From the NCBI GenBank assembly GCA_017521245.1, contig JAFXDI010000051.1, positions 24,162 through 88,161 of the forward strand: a stretch of DNA of 64,000 nucleotides, in the 5' to 3' direction. The notes beneath the pieces were generated by a model, which was given only the letters and a program-made list of their open reading frames with translations, was not told where the DNA came from and did no database searches. Numbering within the stretch: position 1 is the stretch's first letter; every line of letters starts with the position of its first letter. A program made the translations under genes and the position numbers. Positions 17,168 through 26,715 of the stretch are shown here, in pieces. This DNA comes from Bacteroidales bacterium (lineage in GTDB: Bacteria; Bacteroidota; Bacteroidia; Bacteroidales; G3-4614).

Positions 17168-17457
17168 TTGAAATATCATCGGCTCTTGGCGGTATAGAGT
17201 CACTAACCGCAGCAGTTGTTGTGTGCGTAGGTATTTTAGGAGCAGTAATAGGTTACAGAACAATGTCTATAATAAAACTCAACAATGATATATCAAAAGG
17301 GTTGGCAATGGGAACAGCCTCTCATGCAGTAGGTACAGCAGCCTCAATGGAGGTTAGCCCTATTCATGGAGTATATGCAACCTTAGGTCTTATAATCAAT
17401 GGAGTGTTAACTTCGTTTTTTGCACCAATTATACTACGTATTATGGGCTACCTATAA
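17165..17457 (+). pseudogene. 3' fragment (last ~97 codons plus stop) of an lrgB gene, inverted relative to the full lrgB at 4492-5178
   Basis: Manual alignment to the reverse complement of 4492-4784 gives about 20 mismatches in 293 nt and only 3 aa changes (D>N, L>F, N>G). Similarity continues about 25 nt past the stop, to about 17482. Confidence 0.85.
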
Positions 17458-17500
17458 CGGTTTGCCATAATTAACAAACCTATTTGGGTAACTAAAATAA

Positions 17501-17535
17501 ACAGATAAGGGATGCTAATAGCACCCCTTGTCTGT
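17501..17535 (-). terminator. Hairpin terminator downstream of the efflux operon
   Basis: acagataagggatgc pairs with gcaccccttgtctgt (imperfectly). On the minus strand it is followed by ttattttag, 16 nt after the MFS stop. Confidence 0.55.
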
Positions 17536-17550
17536 TGTAAAATATTAAAA

Positions 17551-19143
17551 CTAAAATTGCTTATCTGCTTTATCCATACGTAGTTGATGTTTAATGTATC
17601 GGCGAATAGTTCTATATTTAGGGTGTATTGCAAAGGTGGGGCGTAGCGAACTCTCTCGCAACAAGTATATCATCAATGTTCCCAATCCAACAAGAATAAG
17701 CCATCCAAATATCTCTTTCATACTAACGGCAATAGCCTGAATTTGTACAATGCCGTAGAGTTCTCCAAGCGAGAAGTTCTTTGCTAAAACATTTACATTA
17801 TCAATCTCGCTACCGAGTAACATACTATTCTTGCATACCAATACTTTAAACAGACGTCCAACAATTGCCTCACCAAAAGCACTCGCTATGGCAGCACTAA
17901 AGAAACCTTGAATTGATACTGCCTGAAAAAAGTTGGTAAATGGTATTAACGAGAGGGCTGTAAGCAGAGTGATTGAGAGTATCACAAACCCAATGCTTCG
18001 TGCCAATATTGGCAATATAAGAGCCTCTTTAGGGAGATTAAAATCAACTACAAAGTAGAATAAAATCAAATACAAAACCAAGAATGAGAAACCAATAGTT
18101 GTCATAGTTTTGTATCTCCATTTGCGGATAGCAAATGTTCTCCAAGAGAAGAATGCTCCTATTGCAATACCCGCCAATGCCCATAGTTTCATTGATGCAA
18201 TGTTAAGTGTATCGTAGTGTAGTATCACTCCCATATACATCTCCTCTAACACGCGTGATGGAGCGTTAAGAGTTGATATTACAAGATATATAATTAGTGA
18301 ATAGTAGAGAGGTTTAAACCTCCACGTTTTAAGTTCGTAGAAGGGGTGGCGAATAAATGATGAACGCCAAAGATTAAGCCCCAATGTAACAATAGCGGTG
18401 ATAAGAGCCGTCCATATTACAGGAGAGTTAAACCAGTCGTAGAAGTCGCCATATACCATTATAAACACTAACGATAATGCAACTGTACACCACAACAATA
18501 TACCCACCCAATCAATACCAAAAAGTGGAAGTTTTGGAAGTGTTCTAATTGTACGGAATATAATTATAGTGGTAATTATAACTATCAAAAAGAGTCCTAT
18601 AACCAAAAGATACATATACTCCCATTTGGCAAAGAAAGCGGTGTATATGGTGGTAATTCCTCCAATCTCAATCATGCCCTGCACAAGTAACTCAATGTAG
18701 CAGAAGAATACCGACAAATCGCGTTTTGGAGTGAGCCATAACTGAATAGCAGAGTTGCACCCAAACGTTCCCCACATTCTAAATATACCTGTAATAAAGC
18801 ATACCCCAAACATAAGAGGAACACTTGAAGTGTTTACTACAATAATGTTACCAATGATTATTGCAGAGGAGCAGATAATAAAGGTCTGTTTCAGTGGAAA
18901 TCTGAACTTCAGCCTAAACATTATGGCAAAGGTTAGAGCAAGTCCTGCCAATGAGGCGTAACCTGCCATAAGAATATCCTCTCGCATAAGAGCGAGCGAA
19001 CCGCTCATTTCGCCTAACGCTGCAAGATATACACCTCCTGAAAGTTGAAAAACAATAACAAAGGCAATTATTATCCAAGGACGTATCTTCTCTGGAATAA
19101 AATTGCGAAATTCAGGAAGTGAAAAGGGTGGAATCTCGTGCAT
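17551..19143 (-). CDS. MFS efflux permease, DHA2/EmrB-like (about 14 TM helices)
   Basis: This 530-aa, highly hydrophobic polytopic protein is the last gene of a TolC-HlyD-MFS operon. Confidence 0.8.
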   Translation of the reverse strand: MHEIPPFSLPEFRNFIPEKIRPWIIIAFVIVFQLSGGVYLAALGEMSGSLALMREDILMAGYASLAGLALTFAIMFRLKFRFPLKQTFIICSSAIIIGNIIVVNTSSVPLMFGVCFITGIFRMWGTFGCNSAIQLWLTPKRDLSVFFCYIELLVQGMIEIGGITTIYTAFFAKWEYMYLLVIGLFLIVIITTIIIFRTIRTLPKLPLFGIDWVGILLWCTVALSLVFIMVYGDFYDWFNSPVIWTALITAIVTLGLNLWRSSFIRHPFYELKTWRFKPLYYSLIIYLVISTLNAPSRVLEEMYMGVILHYDTLNIASMKLWALAGIAIGAFFSWRTFAIRKWRYKTMTTIGFSFLVLYLILFYFVVDFNLPKEALILPILARSIGFVILSITLLTALSLIPFTNFFQAVSIQGFFSAAIASAFGEAIVGRLFKVLVCKNSMLLGSEIDNVNVLAKNFSLGELYGIVQIQAIAVSMKEIFGWLILVGLGTLMIYLLRESSLRPTFAIHPKYRTIRRYIKHQLRMDKADKQF

Positions 19144-19149
19144 AATTTA

Positions 19150-20184
19150 TTAGTAATTAACTATACATTCGGCATTCATTCCTGCTCTTAAACGAGCCAT
19201 ATCATCTGCTTTGTTATCATCGGTAAAGATGATTTTCACTGGGATACGTTGTTCAATCTTTACAAAGTTTCCTGCAGAGTTATCTTGTGGAAGAAGTGAG
19301 AAACTTGCTCCAGTTGCCTGAGATACTGACTCTACAACTCCCTTAAACACTACATCGGGAACAGCATCGACCTCAATCTCCACTTCGTTGCCAACTGATA
19401 TGTTTGCAGTTTGAGTCTCTTTGTAGTTTGCAATTACCCACTTTGAACCACTATCAACAAAGTCGGTAATAGTTTGTCCTGGTTGTATAAGTTGTCCAAC
19501 TTGAATCTTCTTGCGGCCTGTAACACCATCGCAGGGAGCAATAATAACAGTGTATGAGAGGTTTAGTTTTGCCAAATCCAAAGCAGCCTCTGCTAAACGG
19601 ATGGCAGCCTCAGTTTGGTTAAGTCTATCTCCTTGCTCGGCCTTAACAAGGACGGTTGATTGACGCTGACTCTTTAATGCCTCGTAGCGTTGTTTAAGAG
19701 CAACATAATTTGTCTCCATTGCATCAAATTGTTGTTTTGTTACAGCATCATTCTCAAACAAATTCTTATAACGGATATAATCTCTTTCGGCATTCTCCAT
19801 ACGCACCTTTGCCTCTGCAACAGCAGCATCACCCGCCTCAATATTGCTTGAAGTGGTATTTATTGCAGTAGCCATTGCCGATTTCCCCGAAACTGCATTA
19901 TAGTAGTCTGCTTCGGCTTGTGCTAAACGGAAACGAAATTCCGAATCTTCAATAATGGCAAGAGTGTCGCCCTTCTTAAACTCTTGATACTCCTCAAAAC
20001 GAATATCTTTAATAAAACCCTGAACTCGCGAGTTTACAGGAATAATATGTTGTTTTACCTGAGCATTGTCGGTAAACTCAACACTACCCAAATGAATAAA
20101 TCTACTTGCAACCCATGTCAATCCTAAAATTAAACACGCAAGAACAACAATATTAAAAATCAGTTTTTTACTTTTCTTATTCAT
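19150..20184 (-). CDS. HlyD/EmrA-family membrane fusion (periplasmic adaptor) protein
   Basis: The 344-aa protein has an N-terminal TM anchor, a central coiled-coil-like region and a C-terminal beta-rich region. It sits between the TolC-like and MFS genes. Confidence 0.85.
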   Translation of the reverse strand: MNKKSKKLIFNIVVLACLILGLTWVASRFIHLGSVEFTDNAQVKQHIIPVNSRVQGFIKDIRFEEYQEFKKGDTLAIIEDSEFRFRLAQAEADYYNAVSGKSAMATAINTTSSNIEAGDAAVAEAKVRMENAERDYIRYKNLFENDAVTKQQFDAMETNYVALKQRYEALKSQRQSTVLVKAEQGDRLNQTEAAIRLAEAALDLAKLNLSYTVIIAPCDGVTGRKKIQVGQLIQPGQTITDFVDSGSKWVIANYKETQTANISVGNEVEIEVDAVPDVVFKGVVESVSQATGASFSLLPQDNSAGNFVKIEQRIPVKIIFTDDNKADDMARLRAGMNAECIVNY

Positions 20185-20216
20185 AATTTTTATCTATTTC
20201 TCTGTAAAACAATCTA

Positions 20217-21530
20217 CTATAAACTACCTGCTATTTTGCCTAACTTATAATACTTAAACAAGATATTTATTTTTGCATTTGCAACCTCTAATTCAGCATC
20301 CAATTTCTGATTACTTGCATCTAACATCTCAGTGATAAGCACCAATCCATTTGAGTAACGCTCGTTAATTACTGAGTAATTCTCAGTTGCAAGTTGCAAT
20401 GATTTTACCTGAGTGGCATATATTGTAAATGCCTCTTCAAACTCAATGTATGCCTCTTTAATGGCACTCTCTAAATTGTCTTTTGCAATCTCCTCTTCCC
20501 AACGGGCCTTAGTGGTTGCAAGAGAGGCTATGCTACGTTTTTTGTTTGTCTTATATGTCGAAGAGAGGTTGTACTTAATACCTATACCCACATACCAATA
20601 GTTTAGGTTTTTATCAATGGGTGGTACCTCAATGGTTATTGGCCCATCTAACTTGTCGGCAGCAAAAAGAGCAATAGAGGGAATCATCTCGCTACGAACA
20701 ACCTTCTCGTTTTTCTCCGATAGTTTAACTCCAGTCTCTGCCATTTTCAAAATAGGAGAAGAGATGTTTGCACTCTCTTGCCAATACTCCTCTCCTGCAA
20801 CTTGTGGCATAACCTCCAATATACGGGCATCGGGAATAATTACTGTTGTGCAGGGTAAATCAACTAAGGTAGTAAGTTTGTTATTTACCACTGCGGAGCG
20901 GTTTTGTGTTTGAGTGAGTGCAAGTTGAAGAGATTGTAACATCAATTCATAACGAGTAATATCGTTTTTAAGAGCCAACCCCTCATTTTTACGTGCGGTA
21001 ATCTCTTTTACAACCTTTTCGGTCTGCTCAATATTTTTTTTATAGACCTCTGCTTCGTTTGCCAAACGTGCCAACTCAAGGTAGTATCCTGCTGCCAAGA
21101 AACGAACATCAATTCTATTCCTTTCAGCATCCTGTAACGATAGTTGGTGTTTAAGTTTTGAAGCATCTATTGAGTTTTGAATTGCTCCACCAGCGTATAT
21201 AACTTGCGATGCCTCAATCGCAAAGTTGTTGCCAAGATGAGGCATATCCTCATTTCTCCCGTTCTTGAAATTACGATCAGCAAGCCAAATGTTTCCTAAA
21301 TAACTTGCCGAGAGTGAGAGGTCAATCTCAGGCAATCTCATATTCTTTGCAACACGTATCTCCTCTTCTGCCTGTGCAGCAGCTATCTCGTAAGCCTTTA
21401 CGCTTTTGCTTCGTGAGTCGGCAAGAGAAAAGAGTTCATCAATAGAGATGGTAATTGAATCTTGTACTGCCTTTACCTCTGGTGTGAAAACAAACGTAAA
21501 GAGCAATAGCCATAACAATAGTTTCTTCAT
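20217..21530 (-). CDS. TolC-family outer membrane efflux protein
   Basis: The 437-aa protein has a signal peptide (MKKLLLWLLLFTFVFTPEVKA) and a two-repeat helical, TolC-like sequence. It is the first gene of the efflux operon. Confidence 0.85.
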   Translation of the reverse strand: MKKLLLWLLLFTFVFTPEVKAVQDSITISIDELFSLADSRSKSVKAYEIAAAQAEEEIRVAKNMRLPEIDLSLSASYLGNIWLADRNFKNGRNEDMPHLGNNFAIEASQVIYAGGAIQNSIDASKLKHQLSLQDAERNRIDVRFLAAGYYLELARLANEAEVYKKNIEQTEKVVKEITARKNEGLALKNDITRYELMLQSLQLALTQTQNRSAVVNNKLTTLVDLPCTTVIIPDARILEVMPQVAGEEYWQESANISSPILKMAETGVKLSEKNEKVVRSEMIPSIALFAADKLDGPITIEVPPIDKNLNYWYVGIGIKYNLSSTYKTNKKRSIASLATTKARWEEEIAKDNLESAIKEAYIEFEEAFTIYATQVKSLQLATENYSVINERYSNGLVLITEMLDASNQKLDAELEVANAKINILFKYYKLGKIAGSL

Positions 21531-21697
21531 ATTAAGAGTTTAAAATTTATATATCTAAATGGGCGATGAAATGTGAGTAAAAAAAAGAAAAATATCCCCT
21601 TTCAAAAATTGTTGCAAAGGTCGCAAAAAAGCCTCAAAAACTACATTGCTCAAAATATACAAAATTGGTTTAATTTGAACATTTAAATAAATAATAT

Positions 21698-21705
21698 TAC
21701 CTTTG
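21698..21705 (+). promoter_or_regulatory. Candidate -7 box (TAnnTTTG) for the AraC-family regulator
   Basis: tacctttg matches TAnnTTTG, 42 nt upstream of ATG 21747. Confidence 0.45.
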
Positions 21706-21746
21706 TATAGAAGTTGCGTGAGTAAATAAATAGGTTAGAAAAGAAT

Positions 21747-22649
21747 ATGAAACAGCATCTATATATTAAGAATATCTCAGACGTAAGTAGGAGTGGAGAG
21801 GTAAAAGAGTATATGAGCGGAATGTTAGGGAGTTCCTTTATAACTCATAGTAATAATCCTCTTGAGCAGACTCCTGCGGTATATATAAATGCAAATATCA
21901 CACTCTTTGTACTAAGTGGCAAAGCAGACTTTTCAATAAACTACACCACTCATAAAGTGAGTGAGAGAGATATAGTAATGCTCTCTCCTGCACATCTTGT
22001 AACATTAACAAACCTAACGGACAATTTTCGGGCGGAGGCTCTATTTGTGAGTAGAGAGTTTATGGAGAGTATGGATCCAGTTGATATAATCTCAGTTCGC
22101 ACCCGATATGGGGTAAAACTATACTCTCAACCAGTAATAAACTTCACGCCCCAAGAGGTAGAGTTTATGATGCAACGCCTCTCGTTATTTAAGCAAGTAT
22201 TGAATAACTTACAACACCACTATTATAACGAAACGGTATTGAGTACACTCATTCTCTTTTTCCTTGATTTAAGTAACATAATAGAGCAAAAGCATCTGCA
22301 AGTAGGTGAGGCTCTGCCACGTAGGGAGTATATAACAAATATGTTTATGGAACTCCTCTCGGTCAACTATCGCACCCAACACTCTGTTGCTTTTTACGCC
22401 TCAAAACTCAATATTACATCGCACTATCTGACACTTGTGGTAAAGCAGGTAACAGGGCAAACCATTTGCGATTTTATATACGAAATGCTATACAGTAGGG
22501 CAAGAGCATTATTGCAAGAGAACAAAATGAGTATTCAGGAGATAGCCTCATATCTTCACTTTTCTGACCAATCCTCATTCGGAAAATTCTTTCATCGCCA
22601 TTCGGGACTATCTCCAAAGGAGTATCGTCAAAAACAGTTAGAGAAATAG
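21747..22649 (+). CDS. AraC-family transcriptional regulator
   Basis: The 300-aa protein has a C-terminal double HTH region (..SIQEIASYLHFSDQSSFGKFFHRHSGLSPKEYR..). It is divergent from the efflux operon. Confidence 0.9.
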   Translation: MKQHLYIKNISDVSRSGEVKEYMSGMLGSSFITHSNNPLEQTPAVYINANITLFVLSGKADFSINYTTHKVSERDIVMLSPAHLVTLTNLTDNFRAEALFVSREFMESMDPVDIISVRTRYGVKLYSQPVINFTPQEVEFMMQRLSLFKQVLNNLQHHYYNETVLSTLILFFLDLSNIIEQKHLQVGEALPRREYITNMFMELLSVNYRTQHSVAFYASKLNITSHYLTLVVKQVTGQTICDFIYEMLYSRARALLQENKMSIQEIASYLHFSDQSSFGKFFHRHSGLSPKEYRQKQLEK

Positions 22650-22657
22650 AGGCTCTC

Positions 22658-23890
22658 TTATCCAAAGAAAATGTATGCCATAAATATGGCTGCAACTATA
22701 CCAATAAAGTCAGCAATAAGACCAACTCCTGCGGCATAACGGCTGTTTTTAATACCAACCGAACCAAAATAGACGGCAAGTATATAAAGTGTGGTATCGG
22801 TTGAACCCTGAATGGTAGAGGCTACACGAGCAACAAATGAATCGGCTCCGTATGTAGCCATTGCATCAACCATCATTCCTCTTGCTCCACTACCGCTAAG
22901 GGGCTTCATGAGTGCGGTGGGGATAGCACCAACAAAGTCGGTATCAATACCACAAGCGGCAACTACGTAGGTTATCCCCTCAGTCAAAAAATCCATTGCT
23001 CCAGATGCCCTGAACATTGCAATGGCAACTAACATTGCAATAAGGTAGGGGATAATAGTAACAGCGGTCGTAAATCCCTCTTTTGCTCCGTCAATAAATG
23101 CTTCATAAACATTTATCTTTTTTCTGACACCTGCCACCAAAAAGAGTATTATAATTGTAAAGAGCAACATATTTGCTCCAACGGTAGAGTAGAGCGAAAC
23201 CTTTTCTGCTGGTAAATTCATAAAGAAGGCTAACAACCCTCCCATAATGGCAGTGGCAATAGTTACGGTAGATATTATAACTCTGTCAAAAATGTTTATT
23301 CGTTGCTTTATGCAGGTTATTAACAATCCTGCAAGAGTTGTAATGTATGTAGCAAGCAGAATAGGTAAAAACACGTCCGAAGGGTTTCCTGCTCCCATCT
23401 GCGCTCTATATACCATTACGCTTATCGGTATAAGAGTTAGTCCTGTGGTGTTAAGCACCAAGAACATTATCATTGCATCGGTTGCTCTCTCCTTTTGAGT
23501 GTTCAACTCCTGCATCTCCTTCATTGCTTTAAGACCAAGAGGAGTTGCGGCGTTATCAAGTCCCAGCATATTTGCCGAGAAGTTCATAAATATTGAGCCG
23601 AATATCGGACTATCTTTTGGTATTGAGGGAAATAGTCTTGAGAAAAACGGTGATACCCAACGGGCAAATATTGAGATAATGCCTCCGCGTTCTCCGATCT
23701 TCATCAAACCAAGCCATAGCGACAACACTCCAGTTAACCCAAGAGATATTTCAAATGCGGTTTTTGCCGATGAGAAAGAGGAGTTCATAATCTCTGACCA
23801 CACATTCACGTCCCCCATAAAGATACTCTTTATGAGTGCTACTGCAAAAGCAATAAAGAAGAACGATATCCAGATATAATTAAGTACCAT
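22658..23890 (-). CDS. Nucleoside-recognition (Gate) domain membrane protein, SpmA/SpmB-like fusion
   Basis: The 410-aa polytopic protein has an N-terminal half that is SpmA-like and a C-terminal half that is SpmB-like. The assignment is from recollection. Confidence 0.7.
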   Translation of the reverse strand: MVLNYIWISFFFIAFAVALIKSIFMGDVNVWSEIMNSSFSSAKTAFEISLGLTGVLSLWLGLMKIGERGGIISIFARWVSPFFSRLFPSIPKDSPIFGSIFMNFSANMLGLDNAATPLGLKAMKEMQELNTQKERATDAMIMFLVLNTTGLTLIPISVMVYRAQMGAGNPSDVFLPILLATYITTLAGLLITCIKQRINIFDRVIISTVTIATAIMGGLLAFFMNLPAEKVSLYSTVGANMLLFTIIILFLVAGVRKKINVYEAFIDGAKEGFTTAVTIIPYLIAMLVAIAMFRASGAMDFLTEGITYVVAACGIDTDFVGAIPTALMKPLSGSGARGMMVDAMATYGADSFVARVASTIQGSTDTTLYILAVYFGSVGIKNSRYAAGVGLIADFIGIVAAIFMAYIFFG

Positions 23891-23893
23891 AAA

Positions 23894-26548
23894 TTAACCT
23901 CTTCCCGAATTATCAATTAAACTGCGTAGTTTAGTATTAAATCCCTCGTTTGCCATAAGTTGCTCAATTGTTACGTGCATTCTGTATCGCCAGTGATGAC
24001 GTGCAACGGCAGGTATGTTTATACGTTCTGCCTCAACATCTGAGAAGCGAATATTTTCATCAATCGACAACCAATCTTGGAACGACAGTATTGCCAATAG
24101 AGATGGGCTATAAAGGTGGCGACAAACAACCTCTTCGCAAATGTCTGCACTTGCAACATGGGGTGTTGCACCGCCATGATTTAATATTGTGCGGTAGTAG
24201 TGGTCGGTAACTTCGGGGTTCTCCTCCCACCAGCCTCTGAGGGTTGACATATCGTGTGTTGAAATTGAACATACTGAACGCAATGGGTAATAGTATGTGT
24301 TGCCAAACTCTTGATATGGAGCCTTTGGCATACGCTCAATCTCTAAACTCAAAATCTGTAACTGATTCATCACCCAAGGCACACACTCAGGTACCATACC
24401 CAAGTCCTCGCCACATGCCAACATTGGGGTACATTGAGTAAGCATAGGCAACTTTTTCATTGCCTGTTTATACCAGAACTCGCTATGGCGGTGGTAATAG
24501 TAGTAGTCATAGAGAGCGTTAAAAGCGTTCTGCTCAGCAGTTGTAAGTTGCTTGTATATATAGTCGTTTTGAACGCAAATGCGTGGATGATAAAGATTTG
24601 TATCGTTGCGGTCTGGTACAAAAAGCACATTGCTGATAAGAGAATATACTCCCTCTTTTATCTCATCATCACAGCCGTTGTGCCAGCACCAACTTTCTAC
24701 TTTGCGTTGAGTGTCAAACTCGGGACGTAACTCCCATCGTCCAGAGGCAAGTGGAAGCAAGAAGGTCTCTTTTACAAAATCACTCTTCTCTCCAAAAATA
24801 TCAGATAAAATCTCATCATCAATAAAAGGCGTTGTCATAAATTGAGGGCGGAACTCAAGTCCGTAACCTGCAATCTCTTCTGTTGTCATACCCTTTGCAG
24901 GAACAAACTGACCTAACAGTCCATGTACAGAGTGTGTAGGAATCTCCCAAATACGGAAGAAACCAAGTATGTGGTCAATGCGGTAGGCAGTAAAATATTC
25001 GCTCATCTTGCCAAATCTCTTACGCCACCAAGCATAGCCGTCTTTCTCCATTACATCCCAGTTATAGGTTGGAAAGCCCCAGTTCTGACCATTTGTGGAG
25101 AAGGCATCGGGTGGCGCTCCTGCCTGACCATTCATATTGAAGTAGTGAGGCTCAATCCACGCCTCAACGCTACAACGGCTAATACCAATAGGAATATCGC
25201 CCTTTAATATAACATTCTTACTACGTGCAAACTTGCTAACCTCCAATAGTTGAATATGCAAGTTGTATTGTATATAGTAGTATAGTGCAATAGAAGGATA
25301 TGCTTCGCTTGTAATAGAACAAAGTTCTTTTATTTTCTCCTCGTTATATACTGCATATTCGCCCCACGCATTGAAATCGGGAGTGCCATTAATATCTCTT
25401 AAATATGAGAAGGCAGCGTATGGCAATAGCCAATGAGAGTTATCTTCAAAGAACTTCTTAAACCCTACCGAAGCCAAAACCCTCTTTCCGTTCTGGCGGA
25501 AAAGAGCCTTGATGTATGCCATTTTGGTGGAGTTCACTCCTTCGTAATCAACAAATGGCGAAGCATTTAACTTTCGGCGTTTAACCTCAAACTCGTTTGC
25601 AAGGGTTTTATCTCTTAGTGTCCCCAGCTGCCTAATGTCGAGATACATAGGGTGAAACGCATAAATAGAGATGCTGTTATAGGGATAAGAGTCTGTCCAT
25701 GTGTTGCTTATAGTGGTGTCGTTAATAGGCAAAATTTGCACACCCTTTTGGTGGGTATGGGCAGCCCAAGCAACAAAATCTTTAAGGTCGCCAAAGTCTC
25801 CAACGCCAAAACTGCCCTCGCCACGTAACGAGAATACTGGTATTGCAGTACCAGCAATCTTTCGGTTTAAACTATCAAAGAGTGGCTCCATCTCAGGAGA
25901 GTAGAAGAGTTCTCCTTCGGCAAGGTCGGTAACATAGAGTTCTCTGTTTTCGCCACGTTCCCACTCAACAATAATTCCGTTTTTGTCGATAATTACAAAT
26001 TTAAACTCATAACGGGCCGCATAGTCGGCACAAATGCCACACTCCCATACAAAGGGGGCAATCTCTTTCATAGGAACAGGCATCTTCCACCCTCCTAAAA
26101 TATCCTCTCTACCACAAATTGCAAGACGTCTGCCATTGCCAACATGCGGAACTAATGCTCTGAAAATTGTGTTGCTTTTGTTTGTATTAGCACTTTTATA
26201 TGGTACAAAAACTTTATCTCCACTGAAAGCAGAACTAAACAGGTATGCAAACTCGGGGAGATCTCTCCAAGTGTCGCGAACATATAGTTTTGTATTCTTG
26301 CTCTCGCCAATCCATATTGAGTGAGTCATAACACCGCTCTCTATGCGTGTACACTCCCCATTCTCATACACAGCGTATGAATAATCCAACTTTGAATTGG
26401 CAGGAAATCCCTCAATTGCTATAACTCCACTCCAAGTAGCATCGTTATAACTGTTCAAAAAAAGAGGTGCAATATCTCTGTTCTTAAAAACAACAGCAAT
26501 CACCTCATCACCTTTAGTGCGATACTCAATTTTAAATTCTATTGTCAT
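23894..26548 (-). CDS. malQ: 4-alpha-glucanotransferase (GH77 amylomaltase) with N-terminal starch-binding-like repeats
   Basis: The C-terminal part looks like a GH77 core (..GDIPIGISR.., ..CGEDLGMVPECV..). The ORF is open to 26584, but the ATG at 26548 (MTIEFKIEYRT) resembles the usual Bacteroides MalQ N-terminus, so the start is uncertain by 12 codons. Confidence 0.88.
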   Translation of the reverse strand: MTIEFKIEYRTKGDEVIAVVFKNRDIAPLFLNSYNDATWSGVIAIEGFPANSKLDYSYAVYENGECTRIESGVMTHSIWIGESKNTKLYVRDTWRDLPEFAYLFSSAFSGDKVFVPYKSANTNKSNTIFRALVPHVGNGRRLAICGREDILGGWKMPVPMKEIAPFVWECGICADYAARYEFKFVIIDKNGIIVEWERGENRELYVTDLAEGELFYSPEMEPLFDSLNRKIAGTAIPVFSLRGEGSFGVGDFGDLKDFVAWAAHTHQKGVQILPINDTTISNTWTDSYPYNSISIYAFHPMYLDIRQLGTLRDKTLANEFEVKRRKLNASPFVDYEGVNSTKMAYIKALFRQNGKRVLASVGFKKFFEDNSHWLLPYAAFSYLRDINGTPDFNAWGEYAVYNEEKIKELCSITSEAYPSIALYYYIQYNLHIQLLEVSKFARSKNVILKGDIPIGISRCSVEAWIEPHYFNMNGQAGAPPDAFSTNGQNWGFPTYNWDVMEKDGYAWWRKRFGKMSEYFTAYRIDHILGFFRIWEIPTHSVHGLLGQFVPAKGMTTEEIAGYGLEFRPQFMTTPFIDDEILSDIFGEKSDFVKETFLLPLASGRWELRPEFDTQRKVESWCWHNGCDDEIKEGVYSLISNVLFVPDRNDTNLYHPRICVQNDYIYKQLTTAEQNAFNALYDYYYYHRHSEFWYKQAMKKLPMLTQCTPMLACGEDLGMVPECVPWVMNQLQILSLEIERMPKAPYQEFGNTYYYPLRSVCSISTHDMSTLRGWWEENPEVTDHYYRTILNHGGATPHVASADICEEVVCRHLYSPSLLAILSFQDWLSIDENIRFSDVEAERINIPAVARHHWRYRMHVTIEQLMANEGFNTKLRSLIDNSGRG

Positions 26549-26686
26549 CTCTAAATTATATATCGTAAAAGAGGATAAATTCAAGTATTTATTACAAACT
26601 CTTTCAAAGATATTATTTATTTTTCATCTATGCTCAATTTGTCTTAAAAAAACGTCACATTTGATTGATTTATTAAATAAAAGAGA

Positions 26687-26694
26687 TATTTTTG
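26687..26694 (+). promoter_or_regulatory. Candidate -7 box (TAnnTTTG), with an upstream TTTG at 26660-26663, for the lipoprotein gene
   Basis: tatttttg matches TAnnTTTG, 75 nt upstream of ATG 26769. This places the 12-bp triple repeat in the 5' leader. Confidence 0.4.
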
Positions 26695-26715
26695 TAGAGA
26701 TAATAAAACTCTCGA

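Noticed and set aside
8630-17482. I considered whether the island is a prophage, ICE, transposon or integron cassette.
   Set aside because: I could find no integrase, transposase, relaxase or phage structural ORF in any frame. There are no terminal inverted repeats and no convincing target-site duplication. The weak similarity between 8836-8860 and 16786-16812 looks like AT-rich chance. I therefore do not annotate it as a mobile element.
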